From: Candidatus Saccharimonadota bacterium
GTDB lineage: Bacteria > Patescibacteriota > Saccharimonadia > Saccharimonadales > Saccharimonadaceae
Reading direction: 5' to 3'
Assembly (NCBI GenBank): GCA_017510805.1
Contig: JAFWMC010000063.1
Span: 1-56,812 of the forward strand
Length of the DNA: 56,812 bases
The position numbers and the translations under genes are program-made. Positions within the stretch are counted from its first letter, which is position 1, and the number at the start of each line of letters is the position of its first letter. Shown here in pieces: positions 9,746 through 18,306 of the stretch. Below the pieces are notes generated by a model. The model was not told where the DNA came from and searched no databases. It worked only from the letters and a program-made list of their open reading frames with translations.

Positions 9746-11593
9746 ATGGTAAGGTCAAAAATATCCCATCTTATCTCTATTCTATTTTCACTGTTATTTA
9801 CTATATTATCCTGTAATAATGCTTTTGCCGAAATTAGTATAAATACTCTCCGTATGTATTCTTTAAATAATATTCTAGGTTATGATCCAGACAGTACTAT
9901 TGACTCTAAAAATGACCCGTGTGGTGGTGGTTATCTTAGCGGTGAAACCAATTTTGCAAAAGTCGTAAGTTACTTTTCAGGCAACAATTCAAAAGGTGTT
10001 TCTGTGGGTGTAAATGGCATAGCAGCCATCGCTTCTAACTTTCAAGCAGAATCAGGGTTTGGCCCCATGGTGGGTGAGGGTGGTCATATTACAGATGGAA
10101 AAGGCTATGGCATAGCACAGTTCACTCCATACACTAAAATCACAAACATCTTAAAAACAGATAATAGAACTAAAGATACATTCAATAAGTTTTTCACCGA
10201 AGAATACGCACATAAGTTAACATCTGAAGCAGAAAAAGCAACCGGAGTTACCGACGGTGTTCCGATTAGTGTTAATGATGCGTGGTTAGAAACAGAATTA
10301 GATTACATTGTAGATAGTGAATTTAACTCTACTACTGTAGGTAATTATCGTCACAAAGGCGGAGAAATGGGGTTAGATTATATTCCAGATAGTATGACAA
10401 TTGCTGAAGCATTAGATGCGGCTAAAAACGCTAGTGATGCTGCTAGAATTTTTACATGGATTTACGAACGACCAAAAAATAAAGAAGCTGACGCCACTAA
10501 AAGGGCTAATGCGGTAAATGATTTATTATCACAAGTTGAAGCTTACGCCTCAAATAATAACTGGAGTCCAACCACCAATGCTACTCAAAAAGGGGACAAT
10601 GTCACAATTATCGGCGATTCAATCACCGAAAGATCTAAAAACGATATCACTTCATTACTGCCAGAAGTAGATATTTACGCTCAAGTTAGCAAACAATTTT
10701 ACTCTAATAAAGTCAATGAAGAAAACCCAGATGGCTATCATATTCTACAAAATCTCATAGATAATAAAAAATTAAGAGATGTTTTAGTTTACGCATTAGG
10801 CACTAACAATGCCGGATTAACCCAAAAAGAAGCACAAGCAGTTGTTGATTTAGCTGGTAAAGATAGGACTGTTATATTTGTTACAAATTATAGCGCAGAC
10901 GATTCACATGATTATACTTCAAACAATAATGTATTTAATAAAATGAGGAACGATAATCCTAATGTTCGTATAGCCGATTGGGCAGGAGCAGCCAATAATA
11001 AAGATATACCAGACATAATGGCCGATGCTATCCACCCAACAATTGGTACTGGAACAAATATATTTGCACATACCATCTTTAGTACAATTTATAATGATTC
11101 ATCAAATGAATGTAGAGTATCTGGTGGTAATGGTAGTATTAACGAGACGGCCATAGAACTATCTTGGCCAGACAGAACCCATAAGCTAGATGATCCAAAA
11201 CCATCATACAAGGCCGCACTGGCAGAAGTTGGCTTAGATCGATATGATGAAGACTACGTAAAAATAGGAGCCAGCTGTGATGCATTCGTAGCAACTGTTC
11301 TTACATATTCCGGAGCGGATCCAAATGCTGCAGCTATTTGTTGTGGTGCAGCTAACCTTCAGAGATACTTCCTTTCACACCCAGAATTATACGAACAAAT
11401 AGAAAATACAGGATCCAACTCCAACCTTAAACCAGGAGATATTCTTTCTAGTACGGGACATGTTGAAATTTATGTTGAAAAAGATGGGGAATTTAAAATC
11501 GCTTCCGCATCACACGGAGATCGTACAGCAGATCATGCAGGTGAATACCGCAATAAATCGGGTTATCTAATCTTTAGAGTAAAAGGACAATAA
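9746..11593 (+). CDS. Secreted multidomain cell-wall enzyme: phage-tail-lysozyme-like + SGNH (OatA-C-like) + CHAP/NlpC-P60-like
   Basis: Start moved from 9518 to ATG 9746 (signal peptide MVRSK...NNAFA, with TATAAT 7 nt upstream). Motifs: SNFQAESG / GYGIAQFT / IYERP; IIGDS / LGTN / DAIHP; SCDAFV / PGDIL / GHVEIY. Confidence 0.75.
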   Translation: MVRSKISHLISILFSLLFTILSCNNAFAEISINTLRMYSLNNILGYDPDSTIDSKNDPCGGGYLSGETNFAKVVSYFSGNNSKGVSVGVNGIAAIASNFQAESGFGPMVGEGGHITDGKGYGIAQFTPYTKITNILKTDNRTKDTFNKFFTEEYAHKLTSEAEKATGVTDGVPISVNDAWLETELDYIVDSEFNSTTVGNYRHKGGEMGLDYIPDSMTIAEALDAAKNASDAARIFTWIYERPKNKEADATKRANAVNDLLSQVEAYASNNNWSPTTNATQKGDNVTIIGDSITERSKNDITSLLPEVDIYAQVSKQFYSNKVNEENPDGYHILQNLIDNKKLRDVLVYALGTNNAGLTQKEAQAVVDLAGKDRTVIFVTNYSADDSHDYTSNNNVFNKMRNDNPNVRIADWAGAANNKDIPDIMADAIHPTIGTGTNIFAHTIFSTIYNDSSNECRVSGGNGSINETAIELSWPDRTHKLDDPKPSYKAALAEVGLDRYDEDYVKIGASCDAFVATVLTYSGADPNAAAICCGAANLQRYFLSHPELYEQIENTGSNSNLKPGDILSSTGHVEIYVEKDGEFKIASASHGDRTADHAGEYRNKSGYLIFRVKGQ

Positions 11594-11594
11594 A

Positions 11595-12173
11595 ATGATA
11601 GATCGTAAGAAACTCATCATTCCAGTATCTATTGCTTTTGGCTTTGTCTTTATAATTATTATTACATCAATTATTCTTATGCAAATCTTTCCAAAAAACG
11701 ACCGTACAGATGCAGACTTAACCTCTCCAAAATATATAGCCTTATTTGAAAATAGATACCAATTAGATTATTCTATTGGTGAAGAAAGTTCAACCAAATC
11801 ACTCACTAATATTGGTAAAATTATTATTTCAAATGAAGAGCTATCCAGTGCTACAAAACCAATCACACCAAACGAAAAAGAAAACGCTTATCTTACGTCC
11901 ACCATAGAAGAAACTAGCTTCAAAACAATCCCCAACCTTAATAATGATCATGCCTATGACTTTAATTTAAATATTAGTGATGGACGCTCATACCATATAG
12001 TAATCCGTACCGACCAAACATTTGGCGATAACTATATTGCTACTTTTATCAAAAATCTTTCTACCACAAAATCATATCTTATTTTATATACTACAGATTT
12101 ATCTATTAAAAACTCAATCTTAGATTGGGGTATCAGTTTAGATTTTAATAATCCAGAAACTATTATTAATTAA
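11595..12173 (+). CDS. Hypothetical membrane-anchored protein, coupled to the hydrolase gene
   Basis: One N-terminal TM helix; starts 1 nt after the upstream stop. Confidence 0.65.
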   Translation: MIDRKKLIIPVSIAFGFVFIIIITSIILMQIFPKNDRTDADLTSPKYIALFENRYQLDYSIGEESSTKSLTNIGKIIISNEELSSATKPITPNEKENAYLTSTIEETSFKTIPNLNNDHAYDFNLNISDGRSYHIVIRTDQTFGDNYIATFIKNLSTTKSYLILYTTDLSIKNSILDWGISLDFNNPETIIN

Positions 12174-12183
12174 TATCATTAAT

Positions 12184-13182
12184 CTACTCGTTATAATCCA
12201 CACTCGTAATCACCACCTGGTTATCTTTAAAATTCTGCACTAAACATTTCTGCCGCGTTTCATCCAACTCCGAAAACACATCATCTAAAAGCACTATTGG
12301 CCGACGTGCTGATCTTTTATAAATCATATCTGCCTCTATAAATTTTAATGCTAATATTATAGATCGCACTTCACCTCGCGAAGCCGACCCATCCGCCAGC
12401 TCACCATTAAATATAAAATCATAATTATCTCTATGCACTCCAAAACTTGTATGTCCCAATAATTTATCTTTCTCAAAATTTCTCTCTAGTTGCAATAAAT
12501 ATTCACTTTCACTTATCACTACATCTTGCGTTTCATATTTTATTTTTACTTCATCTCTATTATCTGCAATCGTCCGATATACTTCCGTTATTTGCTGATT
12601 TATCGCCTCCACTTCCAATTCTCGCCACTTTCTTATCTCACAGCCATATTTCGCCAACATCACATTCCATGGAAACAATCCCTCTCGCGAAACAAATTCA
12701 TTTTTTAATAATTCATTCCTCTGCTTTAAAGCTTTATTATATCTAGACAGGGAAGAGCTATAATTTTCCCGCAGCTCCGAAAAAGTCCTATCAAAATAAT
12801 CTCTCTTTCTGCTGGGACTAGACCCCACTAAATGTAAATCACTTGGCAAAAATAACACTACTGGATAGCGATATTTTTTAGGTAATCTCGCCCACTTTTT
12901 ATCTCCCACTAGAAATTTCTTCATTTGTCCATCATAAGTTACTATTACTTTTTCACCATCCGTATAATCTAATTCTATTCTATAAAAATCCTCTCCTCTC
13001 CGCACAATATCTTTATCTACCGCCCGAAAAGATTTCCCTCGCATCGCCTCGTATATCGCTTCTAGTACCGATGTTTTTCCACAGCCATTTTCCCCCACAA
13101 TCAAAGTTGTTTTTTTCTTACACTTCAGAATATATGTCGCATGACATCTAAAGTTCACCAAATTTATCTTATCTATTATCAT
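12184..13182 (-). CDS. recF: DNA replication/repair protein RecF
   Basis: GENGCGKT, R..YFD, GVHRD, SRGE, LLDDVFSELD; follows dnaN. Confidence 0.95.
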   Translation of the reverse strand: MIIDKINLVNFRCHATYILKCKKKTTLIVGENGCGKTSVLEAIYEAMRGKSFRAVDKDIVRRGEDFYRIELDYTDGEKVIVTYDGQMKKFLVGDKKWARLPKKYRYPVVLFLPSDLHLVGSSPSRKRDYFDRTFSELRENYSSSLSRYNKALKQRNELLKNEFVSREGLFPWNVMLAKYGCEIRKWRELEVEAINQQITEVYRTIADNRDEVKIKYETQDVVISESEYLLQLERNFEKDKLLGHTSFGVHRDNYDFIFNGELADGSASRGEVRSIILALKFIEADMIYKRSARRPIVLLDDVFSELDETRQKCLVQNFKDNQVVITSVDYNE

Positions 13183-14291
13183 ACTTTCAGCGGCATTATT
13201 AGATGTGTATAATCCACATTTCCTACATTTCGCATCACTACCGGCATTGTTCCGTTCTCCGAGAAATTAAATTCTACTTTATCTCCAGATAGTACATTCA
13301 AAGCATCCATCACATAGCGAGCGTTTAATACTATCTTTGCATCATTTTCTACTTTATCTACTTTTATTTCCGAATCATTCTCACCCAATTCATTTACTAC
13401 TGTATGCACTGAAAAAGTCCCCGTTTCTTTTTTAGTTTCGCATACAACCGAGCCTCCAGTATTTCTAGAAAATAGCGCCGCCAATTTTACTACTCTAGCT
13501 AGCTCACTTCTACTCAGTTCCAAATTAATTGTCGCATCTTTTGGTATTAATTGACGATAATCAGGATAACTAGAATCTATTAATTTAGAGGTAATTTCTG
13601 TCTCCCCCAAACGAAATCTCACCTGCGCCTCATCAAATAGTATTTCTACTTCTTCTATATCTTCAGACACAGAACGTAATACTTCTTGTAATGATACCGC
13701 CGGCACAATCGCCGCCACACTACTCTTTACACCATTTATAAATCGCTTTTCTGCTAAACGATATCCATCTGTTGCCGCAATATATAGTGTATCCTTATAA
13801 GTATTAAAATATACCCCTGTTAATGCTGGCCGCGTCATATCATTACTTGCTGCCAAAATTACCTCACTTACTCCTGCCCGAAATTCATCTATCCCCACTC
13901 TATATATTACCGCTTTTTTCTCATCTATATCTGGTAATTCTGGATATTCATCCGCCGAAGTTCCATTAATTGTTGATGAATAATTCTTTGTTGAAATCGT
14001 TACCTTATTATCTTTAGCTGATAATTTTACTATTTCACCTTTTGGTAAATTGCTTACAAATTCCGCTAGTAATCTTGCTGGTACCGTCACTACCCCATCT
14101 TTACATTTAGAAGTCGGTAAATAGTCTACTACAGCCATATCTAGATTTGTCGTCGTCAACATTACTTTTTTACCATCTACCCTTATTAATACATTATTTA
14201 GTATTGGTAAGGTTGCTCTAGCTCCTGCCGCTACTCTACTTACTACATTTAATGCTTTCGCTAGTTTACTTTGCTCTACTTCAATTTCCAT
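13179..14291 (-). CDS. dnaN: DNA polymerase III beta sliding clamp
   Basis: TLPILNNVL, RPALTGV, AATDGYRLA, YPDYRQLIP, C-terminal LIMPLK. Confidence 0.97.
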   Translation of the reverse strand: MEIEVEQSKLAKALNVVSRVAAGARATLPILNNVLIRVDGKKVMLTTTNLDMAVVDYLPTSKCKDGVVTVPARLLAEFVSNLPKGEIVKLSAKDNKVTISTKNYSSTINGTSADEYPELPDIDEKKAVIYRVGIDEFRAGVSEVILAASNDMTRPALTGVYFNTYKDTLYIAATDGYRLAEKRFINGVKSSVAAIVPAVSLQEVLRSVSEDIEEVEILFDEAQVRFRLGETEITSKLIDSSYPDYRQLIPKDATINLELSRSELARVVKLAALFSRNTGGSVVCETKKETGTFSVHTVVNELGENDSEIKVDKVENDAKIVLNARYVMDALNVLSGDKVEFNFSENGTMPVVMRNVGNVDYTHLIMPLKV

Positions 14292-14304
14292 AAAATCTCC
14301 TTTC

Positions 14305-14551
14305 CTTATTATATTTAGTAGTAGTTATTATAGACTATGTGGAAAATGTGTAAAACTTACCTCCTAACAGGGAAAAACCCACTATTTTTAATGTGTAAAA
14401 CCCATCGGAAAACTTCTGGAAAACTTTCCCACAACCCCGACTTTCCCACAGAATTAAACCACATTTTTTAGTCCAAATCAAAAGTGTGGAAACTTTTTCG
14501 CATACTTTTAAACAACTTTTAAACAAACTTTTACACAATCCCTGTGGAAAA
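14305..14551. other. oriC-like region between dnaA and dnaN: DnaA-box cluster, DnaA-trio-like repeats and AT-rich tract
   Basis: TTTTCCACA on the minus strand at 14338-14346 and 14543-14551. Variants at 14347-14355, 14392-14400, 14425-14433, 14442-14450, 14485-14493 and 14529-14537. TAG repeats at 14316-14333. Confidence 0.8.
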
Positions 14552-15931
14552 CTATTCATAAAGCCTCTCTTTGATTTCTGCTATTTGACTATGTAGTCCA
14601 AAATTACTTTTTAAATCTTCGCGGATTTTTTTAATCCCATGCATTACCGTTGTATGGTCTTTTACTCCCACCTCCAGCGCAATCTTCGTAGTACTCATAG
14701 ATAACTCCTCAGACAGTAGATACATTGATACTTGTCTAGCATTTTTAATATGCGCTACTCGGCTTTTTCCACACATTTCCTCTACACTTAAATCATAAAA
14801 ATCCGCTACTGTTTTTACTATCTGTCTAGCGGTAATTGTCTTTTTTGGACGATTATCATTAGCTCTGGCATAGCCATTACCTAGCATTTCCAGAGGTGTT
14901 ACTCCGCGAAGCTCCGACAATGCTAATAAATGATTTAGTTCACCCTCTAAATCGCGGATATTTGTTTTTATGTTGTTTGCTAGATATTCAATTGCCTCAT
15001 CTTCAATATCTGCCCCCATAAATTCCGCCTTGGATTTTAATATGGCGCATCTATCTTCAAAGCTTGGCATCTGAATATCTACCGGCCCTGCCCAAGTTAA
15101 ACGTGAAGCCAGTCTCTCGTCTACTGTTTTTAGTTCACTTGGCAATCTATCGCTTGTTACAATTAATTGTCGCTCCTTCTGGTATAATTCGTTAAAAATA
15201 TCAAAGAATTCTTCCTGTGACTTCTCTTTGCCTACAATTAGCTGAAAATCGTCAATAATTAATACGTCTAGTTTTAGATATTTCTGCCGAAAACTCTCCA
15301 TATCTTTGCTTTTTTGAATAGTAGACACAAAATCCTGATAAAACTTATTTATCGGAATGTATAATACCTTTGCATTAGGGTTATTTCGTAAAATTTCATT
15401 ACCAATCGCTTGCACCAAGTGAGTTTTACCTAGTCCTGGCCCGCCATATAGAAAGAAAGGGTTAAATTTTGTCCCCGGCGCAGATATTACAGACCTCGCC
15501 ACACTTACCGCTAAATCATTATTTGTCCCAGTTACAAAACTATCCAATGTGTATTTACTGTTAAGCCCAGTTTTTTCATTGCGGTTTTCTTTTTTTGGTA
15601 TAGCAATTTCTACTACTCTTTCCGCCCTGTCCATTTTTCTCTGAGATGTACTTTCTGTTGTTACTTCGCGAGCTTTCCTTACCACCTTAGACGCTGGCTG
15701 TGAAACATACTCCACTCTAGTAAAATCAATATCATTATTTTTTAGCGCCTCTTGTATAACGTTTCCATATTTTTTTTCTAGTGTAGCGCGTTTAAATGGA
15801 TTAGATGCTCCAATTTTTACCACACCATCAGCAATATTTACTAATGTTACATCATCAAACCAAGTCACAAAAGTAGAATGTGAAACATTTTGTTCTATTT
15901 CAGCCATCACGTTTTTCCACACATCAAACAT
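14552..15931 (-). CDS. dnaA: Chromosomal replication initiator DnaA
   Basis: NPFFLYGGPGLGKTHL, LIIDDFQ, QEEFF, RLASRL, NIRDLEG, DHTTVMHG. Confidence 0.98.
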   Translation of the reverse strand: MFDVWKNVMAEIEQNVSHSTFVTWFDDVTLVNIADGVVKIGASNPFKRATLEKKYGNVIQEALKNNDIDFTRVEYVSQPASKVVRKAREVTTESTSQRKMDRAERVVEIAIPKKENRNEKTGLNSKYTLDSFVTGTNNDLAVSVARSVISAPGTKFNPFFLYGGPGLGKTHLVQAIGNEILRNNPNAKVLYIPINKFYQDFVSTIQKSKDMESFRQKYLKLDVLIIDDFQLIVGKEKSQEEFFDIFNELYQKERQLIVTSDRLPSELKTVDERLASRLTWAGPVDIQMPSFEDRCAILKSKAEFMGADIEDEAIEYLANNIKTNIRDLEGELNHLLALSELRGVTPLEMLGNGYARANDNRPKKTITARQIVKTVADFYDLSVEEMCGKSRVAHIKNARQVSMYLLSEELSMSTTKIALEVGVKDHTTVMHGIKKIREDLKSNFGLHSQIAEIKERLYE

Positions 15932-15974
15932 CTTCTTTTTTTGTGACCTCCGTTTTACTCTCTAACTTCACTCT

Positions 15975-16139
15975 ATTATAGCAGACATCCACAGACTTTT
16001 CCACAGGTTTTTCCAAAAAAATCAATATATTACCTAATATTTTTTCACCAAAACAGGTGTAACTTTTCCACAGGTTTGTTAATTAATCTGTTTAATATGT
16101 GGAAAACTACTGGAAAAAAGTGGAAATCTGTGATATACT
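15975..16139. promoter_or_regulatory. Divergent dnaA/rpmH promoters with a second DnaA-box cluster
   Basis: TGcTATAAT on minus (15975-15983) and TGaTATACT on plus (16131-16139). TTTTCCACA boxes at 15997-16005, 16064-16072 and 16098-16106 (minus). Confidence 0.75.
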
Positions 16140-16184
16140 ATAACAAGAATTTGTAAATAATAAACTATTAAGAAAGATTAAATT

Positions 16185-16322
16185 ATGCCAAAGCGTACAT
16201 ATCAACCCCACAAGCGCCAGCGCAAAGCCGAGCACGGTTTTATGAAAAGAAACAGCTCCGCCTCTGGCCGCAAAGTTCTCAAGCGTCGCCGCATTAAAGG
16301 TCGTGCACGTTTAAGCTACTAG
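16185..16322 (+). CDS. rpmH: 50S ribosomal protein L34 (45 aa, below the ORF-track cutoff)
   Basis: Translated by hand: [45 protein letters not shown]; divergent from dnaA. Confidence 0.97.
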   Translation: MPKRTYQPHKRQRKAEHGFMKRNSSASGRKVLKRRRIKGRARLSY

Positions 16323-16332
16323 ACCATAAAAA

Positions 16333-16377
16333 TCTAGGCGCCAAGATATTTAAGTTTTTTTAAATATTTGCTATAAT
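16333..16377 (+). promoter_or_regulatory. Palindromic motif plus extended -10 upstream of the ABC transporter
   Basis: TCTAGGCGCCAAGA (16333-16346) and TGcTATAAT (16369-16377). Confidence 0.55.
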
Positions 16378-16409
16378 TAGCATAAAGGGAATTTTAATGG
16401 GAGCATTTT

Positions 16410-18188
16410 ATGTTAATTAAGCGCCATATTGGCACGGTTAAAGATGTATTTAAAATAGCCGGTAACCACCCGTTTTACGTCACACAACTATTTGTTAGTG
16501 ATGGCATTAATATACTTACCTCCCTTTTGCCCCCTATGGCTACTGCTGGTATTATTGGTGTTATTGCCGATAATAATTTTAAAGGTATTTGGTTTTATGT
16601 AGTATTATATTTTATTTTCTATACTATTTACTTCATTACACTCTATTGGAATTATCGCATTTATTATAAACTATCCGAATATTACTACCTCTCCGTCCAG
16701 CAAAAGTTATTTGCCCATATCATCAATAATGATAATATTTTCAACTACATCTCCAGGGGTGAGATCACCGAAACTTGTGCCGAGGATATCCACTACCTCA
16801 TAGAGGTAATTGATAATACCTCTAGTGCCATAATGTATATTCTTCGTACGGTTATTATCTTCTTTATCTTTAGCTACTATAATATTTTTATCGCTGCTAT
16901 TGCACTAGCCTTTGATATTGTCTATTTCTATGTTATGGACCAAAATTCCAAGAAAATCTCCCACGCTTACGAGGGGACGCGAAAATACGAAGATAAAATT
17001 AATGATATTTTCCACCAGATGATTGTTAATCGTCGCCAGGTCAAGACGCTTAATATGCTCCCCAATCTTAATCGCCGCCTTACTCGTACACAAAATGAAT
17101 GGGCTAAACAGTATCGTTCTCGTCGTGATGGTATGACTAATCGCTATTGTTTGATGCCAAGTATTGTGTATTCTGGTAAAATTATTATTTATATTATTCT
17201 TGGCTATCAAGTTATCCGCAATCGCATGACTATAGATACTTTAGTATTACTTATTAGCTACTTTGAGCTTACTATTGAAAGTATTGACAAAGCTTTGGAT
17301 TATCTTCTAAATCTTAGTACTCACGCCGTTCGCATTAAACGCATTAAAAATATTCTAGATTACCAATCAGACGATATTATGGAGTTTGGTGATATTACTA
17401 ATGACTATATTAATGGCTCCATTACGTTTAATAAAGTTTGCTATGACATAAAGGGTAAGCCTATTCTTAAAAACATCTCTTTCCGCATCCCGCCCAATCA
17501 AGTCACCGCCATCGTTGGCCCAGCCGGAGCAGGGAAGACTACTATCTTTAGTTTACTTTATCGCCGCCACCGCGTTAAATCTGGCAGTATTCTCATGGAT
17601 GATGAAAGCATTTACAATTATAGCAAAAAGGTTTACGCTAGTAACCTTACTGGCGTCTCCCCCAAGCCTTTTGTCTTTAAGATGAGCATAGAAGATAACC
17701 TCGCTCTCGTAGACCCTAATCGCCAGCACCAGATAAACGCCTGTAAACGTGTCGGCGTTCATAATGCCATCATGAAGTTGCCTAAAGGTTATAAAACCAT
17801 TATTGATGATGAATCTCGCCTATTGTCAGATGGCCAAAAGCAGCTAATTTCCATCGCCCGCTCTTTACTTTCTCGTGCAGAGGTTATCCTTCTAGACCAA
17901 GTTACTAATTCTGTTGATGCTGCCACCACCAAGAAAATTGCCAAATTAGTCAAAGATTTATCTTCAGACCACACTGTTATCGTGGCTACCCATAGCCCCG
18001 AAATGATGAAAGCTGCAGACCGCATTATAGTTCTAAATGAAGGTAAAGTTTCTGCTCAGGGCACCAACGAAGCTGTCCTCAAGCGCTCCAATCTCTACCA
18101 AGGCTTGCTTGGTATCGCCGAGGATGGGGAAGAAGATAAAATCATCACTAAGTCTACCTCTAAAAAATCTAAAAAGTCAACCAAATAA
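16410..18188 (+). CDS. ABC exporter, fused TMD-NBD (MsbA/MdlB-like), with degenerate NBD motifs
   Basis: N-terminal TM domain, Walker A GPAGAGKT, signature LSDGQKQ, Walker B ILLDQ, H-loop ATH. Confidence 0.88.
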   Translation: MLIKRHIGTVKDVFKIAGNHPFYVTQLFVSDGINILTSLLPPMATAGIIGVIADNNFKGIWFYVVLYFIFYTIYFITLYWNYRIYYKLSEYYYLSVQQKLFAHIINNDNIFNYISRGEITETCAEDIHYLIEVIDNTSSAIMYILRTVIIFFIFSYYNIFIAAIALAFDIVYFYVMDQNSKKISHAYEGTRKYEDKINDIFHQMIVNRRQVKTLNMLPNLNRRLTRTQNEWAKQYRSRRDGMTNRYCLMPSIVYSGKIIIYIILGYQVIRNRMTIDTLVLLISYFELTIESIDKALDYLLNLSTHAVRIKRIKNILDYQSDDIMEFGDITNDYINGSITFNKVCYDIKGKPILKNISFRIPPNQVTAIVGPAGAGKTTIFSLLYRRHRVKSGSILMDDESIYNYSKKVYASNLTGVSPKPFVFKMSIEDNLALVDPNRQHQINACKRVGVHNAIMKLPKGYKTIIDDESRLLSDGQKQLISIARSLLSRAEVILLDQVTNSVDAATTKKIAKLVKDLSSDHTVIVATHSPEMMKAADRIIVLNEGKVSAQGTNEAVLKRSNLYQGLLGIAEDGEEDKIITKSTSKKSKKSTK

Positions 18189-18246
18189 TCTGCTCATAAT
18201 TTAGTACTATTTTGTTTCCGCAAAGACACGTTTCATAGAAATCATC

Positions 18247-18296
18247 TTGCAATTATATTTTGCTTACGTTATAATAAAAATAAGAAGTTTAGGAGG
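18247..18296 (+). promoter_or_regulatory. Sigma70 promoter and SD for the FISUMP-domain gene
   Basis: TTGCAA-17 nt-TATAAT (18247-18275); AGGAGG at 18291-18296, ahead of ATG 18307. Confidence 0.75.
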
Positions 18297-18306
18297 TTTA
18301 GTATTT

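Noticed and set aside
1-12173. Integrative conjugative element or prophage interpretation of the T4SS and lysozyme genes
   Set aside because: No integrase, relaxase, coupling protein, att repeats or phage structural genes are visible, and most of the genes share the core-gene codon skew.
14335-14559. 74-aa ORF between dnaA and dnaN
   Set aside because: It consists of translated DnaA boxes within the origin region, with no coding evidence.
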